Assembly (NCBI GenBank): GCA_949358305.1
Contig: OX442314.1
Location: forward strand, 33,480,001-33,544,000
DNA length: 64,000 nt
Direction of reading: 5' to 3'
From: Strigamia acuminata
Taxonomy: Eukaryota
A program made the translations under genes and the position numbers. The number at the start of each line of letters is the position of its first letter. The stretch's first letter is position 1. A model generated the notes under the pieces. The model was not told the DNA's origin and did no database searches. It saw only the letters and a program-made list of their open reading frames with translations. Below are positions 35,841 through 50,592 of this stretch, one piece after another.

Positions 35841-37451
35841 ATGGAAAAATTCAGCAGAGATCGCTACGATTTCGCCATGAGCAACCTGAAAAAAATGCTG
35901 GACAACAAAATTTACACGGACTGCGTGCTGGAATGCATCGGCGGAAGCATCCGCGCCCACCGCTGCGTCCTGATGGCCGCAAACCCCTTCTTCTACCGGG
36001 CATTCACAAACAACCACATCGAAGACACCTTGGTCTACATGGAGTTCGAAAACGTCCCCATCGACGTCATGGAGATCGTCATCAACAGCATCTACGGCCA
36101 ACCTCCGCCCGAGCTGGGCGAAAACTGCTCGGAAACCCTCAAAATCCTCGAACTGTGCGTCTTAATCGAAGAGAAATTCCTCCTCGCCTACTGCATGAAG
36201 TCGCTCACGGACCTCATGAACACCGACAACTGCGTCGAAATGTGGCACAAGGCGATCCACTTCGAGCAGAAGGACGCCGAAGAACGCGTCATGTCGTTCG
36301 TGCTGGACAACCTGACCCTGATTTTGCAGGAGGACAAACTGATCAAGGTGTCGGCCGACCAACTGCACGAACTCGCCGCCTACGCGATGGCCACGTCCAA
36401 GTGCGGCGACCAACTACTGCAGGCCATCATCAAGTGGGGCAAAAACAACCCGAAAGAGCGGCTGCACGACAGCATCGCGTTGATCGATTTCATGGACAAA
36501 TCGAAAGTGACGGACCCGTACGTGAAAAAACTGTTGAACACCGACTGGTACGTGAAGAATTCGCACGAACTGAGCACGCTGATCAGAGAAATGCACGCGA
36601 AATTCCGCGAATCGGTCGTGGACACGTCGAAACTCAACATCCAGATGCAGTTTTACTGCGTGGGCGATAAGGGGCCGACGGCCGAGATGCTGACGCAGCG
36701 GTACGGGCTGCGGGACAAGGAGTGGTACCCGGCCAAGACGGTGCATCTGCCCCCGTCGTCCGCCTTGTGGTATCCGATGATGTCCGTCACGGGCGAACAG
36801 TTCTTCTTCGGGATTTCGAACGACAAGAAGTTCGTCGCGTATTGCGACACGAGTCGCGAGTTGCACGTCGGGCCGACGGTGACGTACGAGGCGCGGGTGA
36901 CGGGGGTCGTGGACGGGCACCTCATGTACGTGTGGAACTACGAGTGCATCGTGCAGTTCAATTCGGCGAATAAGACGTGGAAACCGTTGCCGCCGATCAG
37001 GAATGTTCTTTCGCCGAGTAATTTGTTGGCGATCGACGGGAAGTTGTTTTTCCACGCGGTTTTTCCGCCCGCGATTTCGGCTTATAATTTCGCGAAGGAC
37101 GAGTGGGAGTTGAAGCGGGCTTTGAGGGAGACGTCGAATATTCGGTCGATTAAGTGCAAGTGTTATCGGAAGAACTGTAAGGGGAAGTTGTATTTTGTGG
37201 CCAATGAGAAGCAGTTGATGAGTTATGACACGAGGACGGAAGTGTGGGCGGTTAAAGTGTTGCCGGAGTTGCAGTGCAGTGTGCCGTTGTTTATGAATTG
37301 CGATGAGAGTTTTATTGTGTTTAGTAACAAACACACGTTCAATAATTTTTTCTTGTATTATCCTGTGACTAATAAATGGGAGTCGTTTGAAAATGAAAAT
37401 TTCTCGTATAATAATGTGAATTTGGTCACTTGTGATTTGTTTATCAAGTAA
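35841..37451 (+). CDS. Intronless BTB-BACK protein with degenerate kelch-like C-terminus, 536 aa
   Basis: YTDCVL...IRAHRCVLMAANPFF...F BTB; NCV...; IIKW BACK; repeated Y/F-D/N...W motifs. Confidence 0.9.
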   Translation: MEKFSRDRYDFAMSNLKKMLDNKIYTDCVLECIGGSIRAHRCVLMAANPFFYRAFTNNHIEDTLVYMEFENVPIDVMEIVINSIYGQPPPELGENCSETLKILELCVLIEEKFLLAYCMKSLTDLMNTDNCVEMWHKAIHFEQKDAEERVMSFVLDNLTLILQEDKLIKVSADQLHELAAYAMATSKCGDQLLQAIIKWGKNNPKERLHDSIALIDFMDKSKVTDPYVKKLLNTDWYVKNSHELSTLIREMHAKFRESVVDTSKLNIQMQFYCVGDKGPTAEMLTQRYGLRDKEWYPAKTVHLPPSSALWYPMMSVTGEQFFFGISNDKKFVAYCDTSRELHVGPTVTYEARVTGVVDGHLMYVWNYECIVQFNSANKTWKPLPPIRNVLSPSNLLAIDGKLFFHAVFPPAISAYNFAKDEWELKRALRETSNIRSIKCKCYRKNCKGKLYFVANEKQLMSYDTRTEVWAVKVLPELQCSVPLFMNCDESFIVFSNKHTFNNFFLYYPVTNKWESFENENFSYNNVNLVTCDLFIK

Positions 37452-37651
37452 AATTTTTTTTAAAAAAATTGAAAAATGTTTTATTATTTGATGTTATTGT
37501 ATTTGATTAAAAATTGGAAAAAAAAAAATATGGAAATAAGGTTTAATTAAAAAAAAATTTTTTTTAGTGAATTTCTTTAATTTTTCGTTAAGTGAATTGT
37601 ATTTTTATTTATTATACATGATATAAAACGAGTTTTAATTGGAAATTAAAA

Positions 37652-39818
<2,167 letters not shown>

Positions 39819-39968
39819 CGGTAGGAGAGAAACGAAACCACCGGCTTCACTATAAGATATAAAATTTTATTACACGTTTTGTGGTTTTATACGAAGCGCA
39901 AATCTGTTTACGTAAGCGATAAACGGGAATAGCGTTTGGCTTTGTAATAGTCAAGTCTTCACTTTAGG

Positions 39969-40400
39969 ATGACTGGCATAATAACTGCTTCATTCATGCA
40001 CGTGAGTCAGCAGGTAAACTCTCACAAACACACAGTGCCACCTTACGGCTGTGAACTACTGTCGGTGGTCAATACGAGGTTGTTCTTCTATGTCATTTCC
40101 CCCATCGTTCAAGAAATTCCCCAAATTCTTTGCATACGAATTGGGGTCCGTTATCTGTTGTTATGTTCCTTCAGGTTCCCCATCTCTCAATAATCTCTTT
40201 TAACCATTGGGTGATTATGTCCGTTGTCGTTATGCCCTTACAATCTTCATTTCTGGGTCTGTTCTTTGTGCTTTCCTTAATACCTTACATTAAAATGAAT
40301 GGCATAATAACTGCTTTATTCATGCATGTGAGTCAGCAGGTAAATTCATACAAGGTAACTATATAACACACAAACACACAGTTCCACCTTGTGGCTGTGT
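39969..40400. repeat. Two ~90-bp direct repeats between the divergent cathepsin L and neprilysin genes
   Basis: atga.tggcataataactgctt.attcatgca.gtgagtcagcaggtaaa... at 39969 and ~40295. Confidence 0.8.
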
Positions 40401-40706
40401 ACGATACTATAGACATTGTGGTTCACCAGAAACTGAAAACAGGATTTTGTAAAAGAAAAACCAAATCCGCAAAACCGGCTCAGAAAACGGCAAGTTTATT
40501 TTTCCTAATTTTTCCTAATTTTTCCTAATTTGTAAAAAAAAAAACATTCCTATTAACAAGTTTTTTTGTTGTACTTTTTCTTTTTGAATAGAAATAAAAT
40601 GCCACAAAAGATGCTTGCTTCCCTGCACGGCATTTTCGCACAAACAAGCCGTCACGCGGACGAAGGATTGATTGTTCGGCGTCACGAGATTCGCCGCGCA
40701 CAGAAA

Positions 40707-43700
40707 ATGGATTGCGATGGAATTCAATCTCGGTGAGTGCGTACGAATAGAAAAACTCCGATTTAAAAATTCATAAATTTCGTGTCGTTACCAGATCGAT
40801 AATGAACAAGAAGTCGTTTTTCACCTGTTGGGCTTGGACTTTTGTCACGCTAGGAATTCTCGTCTTGCTAGCATTATTCATCATCGGTAACATAACGTCA
40901 TCAAAAATCCAAAATGACAAAAAATAATTATTTAATTGATTTTATTTTTTTTTTAAGTGGGTATTCAAATTTCGCAAAACCGAGATCCCTCGAACGCGTG
41001 CGAAAATTTCTACGCGCACACGTGTTCCAAACCATTCTTCGCCAAAATTTTGAACTCGACGAACACCCACACGGAAACCCAGCTCCGTAATTAATTAATT
41101 AATGAATCGACCGTCGAAATGAAGTGTTAATAGATTTTGATTGCCATGATTCAGTTGATAACCTCATCAAACAAAGCCTCGAAAAGTTGGCGTCCAGCAC
41201 GAGTGAATTTGCCCGAATGGTCTACGTGTGCATGAACACGAGTAAATATACTGGAATATTCAAACATTGAAGCACATACGTGCAAACAAACACTTGCAAC
41301 TATAGGTGATGACAATTCGGATTGGATGGAACCGATGCACGAGTTATTCGAGCGCTTGGGCGCGTTTTCTTCAGGGACGAAAATGATGAGACTGCTGGGT
41401 CTTGTGACTCGAGAACTTTCGAGGAACGGCCTTTTCAACGTTTTGGTTGTTCCTAATTTTTTCGATTCGATGCAAAACGTTATTTTTGTAAGTTCATAGT
41501 AGGGGTTGCACTGAATATTCATTTTGCATCCGCTTAATCGGCTCATTTGGTCACAAACCGAATGATGTATTCGGCCGAATAAGTAATGATGAAATTTGAA
41601 TGATTAACATTTTTTAATGTAAAGTTTAGCCTTTTTTAAATGCTCATAATATTCCCTACACAAATTGAATTTTTGGCGTGAAAATTGCATTTTTGGTCTG
41701 CAAATTGCATTTTTAGTCTGCAAATTGCATTTTTGGTCTGCAAATTGCATTTTTTTTGTCTGAAAATTGCGTTTTTGGCATGAAAATGGCATTTTTGGCA
41801 TGAAAATGGCATTTTTGGCATGAAAATGGCATTTTTGGCATGAAAATGGCATTTTTGGCATGAAAATGGCATTTTTGGCATGAAAATGGCATTTTTGGCA
41901 TGAAAATGGCATTTTGGCGCCGAAATTTTATTTTTAACGTGAGTATTGGTGTATTGGCAGTGAAAATTGCACTTTGGCGCCACAATTGCATTTTTAACAT
42001 GGGGATATTGGTATATTGGCAGTGAAAATTTAATTTTTTGACATATAAATTGTTTTTTTGTTTCAATTATTTGTTAGTTTTGGTATTCGGTGCAACCCTA
42101 GTAATTAGGCCGCTTAGAAATTGCTAAATGATGGAAATTCTTGCAGTTGAGCACGGTCATGGAGTTTGTGGCCAGTCCCACCCCGCACCCGTTTGTCCGA
42201 ATCCCCAAATTACGCGTCGCTCAAATGGACGAAATAACGCGAATCGTTTTCGAAATATTCACTACGTTGGATGCGGAAAGAAACGTGGGCGAGAAAGATG
42301 TGCTGGACATGGTGAAGTTTTGGTTCCGAGTCAATCGAATCAAGGTCGAACCGATTCGCAAGGACTGGGAATCGACGGACATCAAAACCCTGAGCAGAAC
42401 AACTCACGTAATTAAACCCATCACAATTTAAGAAATGTATACAAAACGAAATTATCAAAAAAAAAAACAGTTAGATTGGCTGGAATTTTTCGAAACGTCG
42501 TTCGGCGTCGACGCTCACGTAACGCCGGACAGCGTGGTGATCCTGCACGAAAAAGAGAAAATCTTCGAGACTGCGCGGCTCGTGCACGAGGCGTGTGGTG
42601 CTCCTAGGTCCGACATTGTTCCATTTCCCACATTTCCAGTCTTATAACGGCTCAAACTTTCAGATCGGTCGCTAACTACGCAGTCTTCACGGGAATACGA
42701 CCCCTGCTGTTTCACACCAATTCACAACTGAGAAATCTTTCCATAGAGTTGGAAAAACTCACCACTTTTGAGTCGCAACATTCCACTTGGTATCTGCCCT
42801 AAATTATTGGTGCACTAAGGCCAAAAAATCATTGATGGTGGTTCAATAAACACCAAAGGAATAAAATTAAATTTTAATGCGATTTTTCTAATTTTAGTGC
42901 GATTTTTCTAATTTTTTTGCGATTTTTCTAATTTAAGTGCGATTTTTCTAATTTTTTTGCGATTTTTCTAATTTTAATGCGATTTTTCTAATTTAAGTGC
43001 GACTTTTCTAATTTAAGTGCGATTTTTCTAATTTAAGTGCGATTTTTCTAATTTTAGTGCGATTTTTCTAATTTAAGTGCGATTTTTCTAATTTTAGTGC
43101 GATTTTTCTAATTTAAGTGCGATTTTTCTAATTTAAGTGCAATTTTTCTAATTTAAGTGCGATTTTTCTAATTTAAGTGCAATTTTTCTAATTTAAGTGC
43201 AATTTTTCTAATTTTAGTGCGATTTTTCTAATTTTAGTGCAATTTTTCTAATTTAAGTGCGACTTTTCTAATTTAAGTGCGATTTTTCTAATTTAAGTGC
43301 GATTTTTCTAATTTTAGTGCGATTTTTCTAATTTAAGTGCGATTTTTCTAATTTTAGTGCGATTTTTCTAATTTAAGTGCGATTTTTCTAATTTAAGTGC
43401 AATTTTTCTAATTTAAGTGCGATTTTTCTAATTTAAGTGCAATTTTTCTAATTTAAGTGCAATTTTTCTAATTTTAGTGCGATTTTTCTAATTTTAGTGC
43501 AATTTTTCTAATTTAAGTGCGATTTTTCTAATTATTAGTGCACCAATAAATGTAAAAAAAAATAATAGAAACATTTCTACTATACTTCGACCACCCTAGG
43601 TTGCTGACACACGAACAGCGGTGCTTTAAAAGCGCTGTGGAGCAGCTGCCCTACCAGGCGACGGCGGAACTGTACAAGGACGTGTACAATGCCAAAGACG

Positions 43701-45508
43701 CCCAAGCCGTAACGATAATGTCGTTTGTTTTGCCGCGCGATAATGGTCTTTAAGGTTTTTGTCAATTTTAGCTGAATTCGATGTTCGACACGATCAAGGG
43801 AGAGTTTGCCCAGGAAATATCGAGAAACGAGTGGTTGAGTGCTACGAGCAAGCAGAGAATCCTAAAAAAGTTGGCCAAAATGGAGTTGGAATTGTTCTAC
43901 CCGAAAATGATAAGCAATTCAAGCATGCTGAACGAAGTTTTCCCGAATTTGATCATCATAAGCGACAACCATTTCCTTAACATGATCACCACGACGAATC
44001 TAAATCGATATATGCTGTTCAGCAAACTCTACTCCCGAGCGAACGACCAACAAATGTATTTTCTCGTCATTTTCATCTTGATATACTGTATAGTAACAAT
44101 TACGCGCTATTTAGATGGATCGCTTCCCCCATGACGATACTGGCCTGGAACCTTCATTACGCAAACAAAATCCGTATAATTTATGATCATTTATTAATTA
44201 ATTAATTATTAATTACGTAGTATTGTAGAAATACCTATTGGGCTGCTGCTGTACAAGAAGTACAGCTCCCGACTAAGTCTGGTCGAACAGTACTCGGACG
44301 TCGGATTCATCATGGCGCACGAGATCGCTCACGGATTCGATTCGACGGGCATCCACTTCAACGAGAACGGCCTAGCGGACCGTTCCCTACTGGACAAGCC
44401 GAGTAAAGAAGTGTTTGAAAACAAAATGCATTTTCTGATGCAGCAATACAACAAGTTTTGTCCTCGGCCCAATTTATGCGTAAACAAATTACAATAATTA
44501 ATTTATTAATTTATTAATTTATTAATTCATCAATTCATCAATTGACAGATCGACGGCGTTAAAACTCTGGATGAAAACATTGCGGACGTGGTCGGTGTGA
44601 AAATGAGTTACCTAGTAAGCGAATTTGAGAGGGGTTTCGTTAAAAATGTTTAACGTTGCGTTTTCGGCGTGTCGTAGGGTTTTCTGAAAGCGCTAGAAAC
44701 GCAAGGACAAAGGTACGCACATTTTCCCAGCTTCATTCCGTTCAACTCTCCGGAAATGCAGTTTTTCTACTTCTACGCTGCAGTAGGATAGACAGAATTC
44801 GTTGCAAAACGATGATCGGTTTTACTAAAATTGGAATTGATTTCAGAAAAATTGCATCAACGCCGATTGGGAGTTTGTTAGTTGGATAGTCAAATACACT
44901 CAACACAGCCCGAACCAGCACAGGTTAATTTAAAAACAAAAAACAAGCTATATATGGCATTGATTTTAATCGATTTTTTCACAAGTTTTAAGATTTTAAT
45001 CGACTTTTTCTCGTTTTGTATGATTTTAATCGATTTTTTCACATTTTTTAAGATTTTAATCGATTTTTTCACATTTTTTAAGATTTTAATCGATTTTTTC
45101 ACAAGTTTTAAGATTTTAATCGATTTTTTCACATTTTTTTAGGATTTTAATCGAGTTTTTCACAATTTTTAAGATTTTAATCGATTTTTTCCCGTTTTTT
45201 ATGATTTTAATTGAGTTTTTCACAGTTTTTATGATTTTAATCGAGTTTTTCACAATTTGTTATTTTTATCGATTTTTTTTAAAGAATTTCATAATTTTGA
45301 TCAATTTTTTTAAAAGAATTTCCTGATTTTGATTGATTTTTTTTCTTTCTTTTGCGATGTGCAAATTCTATATTCAAAAACAAACAAACCAGTAAAATTT
45401 TGTTTCAGGGTTAACGGACCGTTGAGTAATCTGGACGAGTTCTCTCACGCCTTCAAATGTCAGTGGATCGACTCGATGAACCCAGTGTCGAAATTTACGC
45501 TGTGGTAA
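40707..45508 (+). CDS. Neprilysin-like M13 metallopeptidase, multi-exon, type II membrane
   Basis: N-terminal TM; ACENFYAHTC; HEIAHGFD; ENIADVVG; HSP...RVNGPLSN...F...FKC...MNP...W-stop; some middle exon borders not resolved. Confidence 0.88.
41500..42100. mobile_element. Intronic hAT-like MITE containing a 20-bp minisatellite (TGAAAATGGCATTTTTGGCA)
   Basis: TIRs TAGGGGTTGCACTGAATA / TATTCGGTGCAACCCTA; flanks gttcatag/gtaattag, a degenerate TSD at best. Confidence 0.75.
42804..43549. mobile_element. Intronic TIR element filled with a 20-bp minisatellite (GATTTTTCTAATTTAAGTGC, ~33 units, 42871-43530)
   Basis: Perfect 15-bp inverted repeat TTATTGGTGCACTAA / TTAGTGCACCAATAA around the array. 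Confidence 0.8.
44960..45320. repeat. Intronic ~30-bp minisatellite GATTTTAATCGATTTTTTCACATTTTTTAA
   Basis: About 10-11 units, decaying towards the 3' end. Confidence 0.93.
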
Positions 45509-46168
45509 ATCTATAAACTTTCTCGACTCTCAAGCTCCTCCTTTGCTCCAGACGAATGCAGAAGTCCCGCGACATCAACGCCAGTCCCAAGCGGGACTCC
45601 GTGTCGACTGTCGAGCTCCGCGCCCTCCTCCGACTTGATGACGAATTACTGCACCAAACTTTTTCGTTTTTAAATACAAATAATAAAAAAAAAAAAAAGA
45701 TTGAGATTTAAAAGATTTCAAACAAAACTCATTCGCACATCCACAATCGTCTCCAAGATTTCACCCAGAATGTGCATTTCTACGGATGTAAACTAAACTA
45801 TGTATTAAACATTTGCAATTAAAAATTATTAAATGTTCGCTTTTATTTCTAATCGTCGATTTTTGGTCTAAAACATCAATATTTTGGATAAAACTATCGT
45901 TTTCAGTTTAAAATGTTAATATTTAGGCTAAAACTAGGATTTTGCGTCTTAAATGAGAATATTTTGGCTAAAAACGTCGATTTTTTTTTCAAAATATTGA
46001 ATTTTGGTTTTAAATACTCATTTTTTGTACCCGGACGTTTCGGAGAAAAGAAACGCTGCACATTTGGTCCGTGTAAAAAAATAATGACCCGAATATACGC
46101 TTTTATGGTTTCGGAAACATTCTGCAGGAAGTTGCGAATCAACAACGATCTATTGTTAGTTCCTAAAC

Positions 46169-46513
46169 ATGCCGACCGACACGGTGACGACGACGGAGGA
46201 GATTCAGCGACCTCCGCCGGCTTACCCTCCCTACTACGGGCCGCAATATCCGCAATACCCGTACCCGCAACCGCAACCATATGTCGTCTATTACGATCCG
46301 GTGGATGGAACGTACGGACCGCGAGTACGAATACAACATGCGCCTGAAAACGAGTAATTAATACGACTAAATAAATAAATAAAACGTTATTCTATCGATT
46401 CGATTTGATTCGATTGAAATGCAGTCGCGAAGAGAGAAGACCGTTTCTGCGATGGTTCGTGACGTGTTTGTGCGTGGTCGCCGGCCTGTTTCTGCTGACC
46501 ATCATTATTTACT
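46169..46513 (+). CDS. Pro/Tyr-rich single-pass membrane protein, exons 46169-46353 and 46425-~46513; 3' part unclear
   Basis: PPPAYPPYYGPQYPQYPYPQ spliced in frame to DREERRPFLRWFVTCLCVVAGLFLLTIIIY. Confidence 0.65.
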
Positions 46514-47162
46514 GTGAGATTCTAACGCAGATGTCAAAGAAAAACCATAATCGAGTGTTGTTTTTGCAGCGCTAGTCAGAGCAGCTTTGAAATCGGAGAA
46601 AAAGTCGAAATAAATTGCAAACTGTCGTGTTAGTGTTACAAGTTTATGGTGGAAATAAAGAAAAATTATTATTGTTATTATTGTATTATTAAACGTCTCC
46701 AGTGCAGCTTGCATGTTTTTATTTTTCTTTCACTACACCAATGTTGAAGTATGACCACTCACCAAAAGAGGTCTCTTTTGGTGAGTGAAACTTATAAGTT
46801 TCACGAACATGTCTTTAATTTATTGAACATCTGCAGACTAAAACAATTTTTTATTTAACAAATTTGAAATCGCCACGTTTTACTGGTACCGAGAATGGTC
46901 GCCAGGGATAAAACTGTTTCGCCATCTGCTGTTGGGATTTTTAACTTGGGTTTGTCCGTACAGAGAAAATATATTAATAGGGAGAAGTAAAGTTAGGGGA
47001 GGTTTTTTTTAGTTTCCAGGGAGGGTTTTGGTTGAGGGGAATTTAAATTCAACTAAGAAATTAAGCCAAAATGGGAGGTGTTTAAATCGATGCCTAGTCG
47101 AATGTTCAAAGGAAAAGATATGGGTGACGAAACAAGATAATTCTGTTAAGTGCAGTAAGTAT

Positions 47163-48634
47163 TGCGGTGGCCCGGATGCCACCGAGAAGTTAGCATTTAT
47201 TTTATTTGGCGATTAAAATGCAGAGAAAATAAGTCAATTTCTTTGTAAAACAGAATAAATAAATCTGGAATTTGTTTGTGTTATTTTAGCAGAGTTTGCT
47301 TTATTATTTTTGTATTGAAACCCGAATAAAGATTGTTCGCTTGAATTAAAATAAAGTGTGTTTATTTTGGAATTAATTTGAAAAAAATTAGTAAATTAAT
47401 TATTTAAATATTTGAGTAATAATTTAATTTAGCAAAAGTTGCTGTTTTATTATTTCTTTGATTTAAGTTATTCAAGGAAGTTGAGTCAATTAATTGTAGC
47501 AAATGAAGTCTAGCAAAGTTATTTTTAGAACTCCAGCAAGCCTGCTAAAGTCTGCAAAGTGGGTGAGTGGGAGGTTGCCAGGGCAACCTGCCCACAAGGA
47601 GCCAATACAGGAAATGCTTCCTGTCAAATGAGGAAAATTGTGAGAAAATCCTCAGTCTTGTTCCAGCATTTGTCAAATCCAGTCATACAGAAATTGTCCA
47701 GAAAAACCTGAAAACTCTGCCTGATTTCATGACAAAATTTGTCAAGCTACGAGACTCACTTCTTGAAACAATAAATTTTGTTGTTTTGAGAGCCCTTTCT
47801 TGAATAACCAGTTTGGTTGTTTCGAGATATCATTCTTGTTACTAAACATTTTTAGTAACGAGATTTCACATTCTTGCAACAGCACGAACGCTGTTGTGAG
47901 ATTTCATTCTTGTCGCTGACTATTTCAGCGACGAGAGTTTTGCGAGTTTAGAGAGCCAAATTGGCGACACCACGTCAAGGTCGTCACTTGTGCCGGCGTG
48001 CCAAGTGAGCCCCGAGTCGCGGGAGTCGTTCAAGTTTGAACCGAGGAAGCTGAGTAAGTCGGAACATTTTGTCACCGTCACGGTCGTCTGTCGTGCCGTC
48101 GAGCCGAGCAGAGACCCGAGTCGTGTGAAACTGTGTTTCGGAGCGTGTGCGATTGAGAACTTAGTTCGAAATCGTGGAGTGTCGAGACGGAAAGTTTTTC
48201 CGTAGTCGTGTAGTTGTGGAGCCGAAGATCGAGGGAAGTCCAACGTCGGACCGACGTCGAAATACGAGGAGAAGACGAGCCACGTCGGAGCCAAGAAGAC
48301 CGCGCCTGACGTCGCCATTTTGTTTATTCTTTCTTTCTTCATTTCCTTTAAAATTTGATTTATTTCATGTATAACGGTAAAACGTAAGTTAAGCTAAATG
48401 TATTTCGAATTATTATTTATTGTATTTGGGATTTATTCACAAAGAATAGAATAAATCAGTGGAGTTTATTAGAGAATATTTCGTGTTTATTTTAGTAAGT
48501 TAAATTCACTTAGGCCATTAAGATTAAATATAAATTTAGTGCAGTGATAGTTTTATGAGTATAAGTCCCGTTAAGGCAACCCGAAGTAATCTTTAGTCCT
48601 ACTTTAGTGTTAGTGGAGATTCTGGATCACATCA
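47163..48634. mobile_element. Solo LTR, 1472 bp
   Basis: TG...CA with imperfect terminal inverted repeat; exact 4-bp TSD GTAT; empty paralogous site at ~52467 (gtaagtattttagt). Confidence 0.85.
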
Positions 48635-49489
48635 GTATTTTAGTAGATAGTAGTAGAAAGAAAATAAAAATTAAGCAAGCCTCGTCAGCATCTCGTCATT
48701 AGTTTTTCATGTGAAAAATAAAAATTCGTTCTGATACCAAAAAAAAAAAGAATTTAAAAAATTGTTGAAAACTAAAAAAATTAAAAGATAAAAAAAAATA
48801 AGAATAAGAAAAAAGCAAAAATAAAACAAACAAAACACAAAAAATCAAAATTAAAATATAACAACAAAACGAGCAAATTAAATTCTATCTTCACTTGTAG
48901 AATCTCGTTGACATTTATTTTTAATCACGAGATGTAGTTACAAAAAAACGAACACTAGAGTTTGCACCAAAAATGCCGAATAATAAAAAAAGAGCAACTT
49001 TTATTTTCAAAAAAGCCATTTTTACGTAAAAAAGTGTAACTTTTATCTAATAAATGCAATTTTATATTAAAAAATGCAGTTTTTAACCTAAAAAATCCAA
49101 TTTTTAAACTAATAAATCCAATTTTTAAACTAATAAATGCAATTTTTAACCTAAAAAATCCTTTCTTATTAAAGTTTTGTCTTAAAAAAATGACGAGGTC
49201 CCATCACGACACAAGGAGATAAACGTAGGTATTAGTTAATTGAAAACGTAAGATCGGAGTGCGCAAAACGTTACCACAATCTGCGGAAGTGACTGGAGTA
49301 TTGAAATGCAAGAAATTGATAAATGCTACTCCGTACTGTGTTTTGTTTCTCTTTTGTTACAGTTGGAAATTATTAGCATTAAAATTCTTGTTCTATTTTA
49401 CTGCCAGTGGTAGTCTCTGGAACACATCAGTGCGCATGACCGGCGCATTGTTGCAAAAGATAGGATTTGTATTCCCACGTCGCGACAAA

Positions 49490-50373
49490 TTACAGTGGTC
49501 GCACGATTCGAATTTCCTGTAGGTGGTCTTCCAAACGAACTCCATGCACACCATAATGACAGCACGGTCTTGATCCGGGTCCTTTTAATATCGGTATTCA
49601 ACGGACGAACCGATTGCTCGCGAATATCCATCCCAGATTCGGGTCATACCGGGCAATTGTGGCAGATCGTCTTGGCAGGTTAAAGTATTAGCTTGAAAAC
49701 AAAAAAAAGAATTTATTTCTCATATTACATCACAATAGGTGCAATCAAAGTTCTGGTTTTTAGTGTGTAAACGAAAACATTAAAAGAACCACGAACCACA
49801 CGCAGTCATACTTAAAAATGTTTCACCGGTGTATATAAAATGAATGATTAATACCGACTGCTTCTACATACTTTTCTCTTGTATATGGACTCGATAAGTT
49901 TTAATTTTCATCAATACAACTTAATCTTGTTACCAACAACCACTCGTAAAGCGAAAACTTTGAAAGCACTAAACGTTTATCGTAAGACGTTCTGTATTTC
50001 ACCTGCGTGTGCTCCTGCTCACAGACCCGATTTCTTCATGACAATCTTCCACTTTCCACCAACACAATCGACAATCTGTACCACTTCATGGTGATTCTCC
50101 AAATTGCATCGATACTTGACAACAAGTCCGGAGTAACGTTTGTATCCATCCCAATCCGACAACAGGCCTGGCGTGGCGGGCGGCTCTCCCATGCATACGA
50201 AGTACGCTGTTTGAAAATATATTTACATCAAAACGTCACTTTTATTCGCATGATTTCTTACTTTCATATATGTAATATTCGGCGGGAATGGAGATTAGTA
50301 GGATAACTATGACTGTAAGGCAACAGCAACAAAGAATTGCAAAGAAAATCGACCGCTCTTGATTCTTGTTCAT
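49490..50373 (-). pseudogene. Type II membrane protein with two Sushi/CCP-like modules; two in-frame stops
   Basis: TM exon 50373-50262; exon 50206-50003 CMGEPP...DWDG...VVKYRC...C.GGKW with TGA at 50019-50021; exon from 49691 CQDDLP...WDG...VEYRY with TAA at 49585-49587. Confidence 0.75.
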
Positions 50374-50592
50374 TCTAAACGAGGAAACAAAGAGAATTAA
50401 ATATCGTGTCGACAATTCGAGAGAAAAATACGAACGTGAAAATTAGTATTTATCTGCCATTCGAAGTCGATCTCATTGCGAAAATTAAAAGACGTGAAAG
50501 AACATACGTCACGCGTGGTGGCACCAACAATGCCAGACGTGGTCCGCGAGCATTCGAATTCGTGTTGTTCTCGTCGATAGACGTTGGAAGCA

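Noticed and set aside
35780..37334. 296-aa and 306-aa ORFs overlapping the BTB gene
   Set aside because: By-products of the GC-rich wobble bias; no recognisable domains
42871..43530. CRISPR-like regular array
   Set aside because: Contiguous 20-bp units without unique spacers, in a eukaryotic intron, no cas genes
45530..45790. Possible small minus-strand gene after neprilysin
   Set aside because: GC-rich exon-like stretch, but frame and splice partners could not be fixed
48727..48739. PBS-like TGGTATCAGAACG on the minus strand
   Set aside because: Not adjacent to an LTR end and no internal retroelement sequence follows
50019..50021. TGA at a conserved Cys position as selenocysteine
   Set aside because: The next exon has a TAA stop and a Cys-to-Tyr change; pseudogenisation is simpler and no SECIS was recognised
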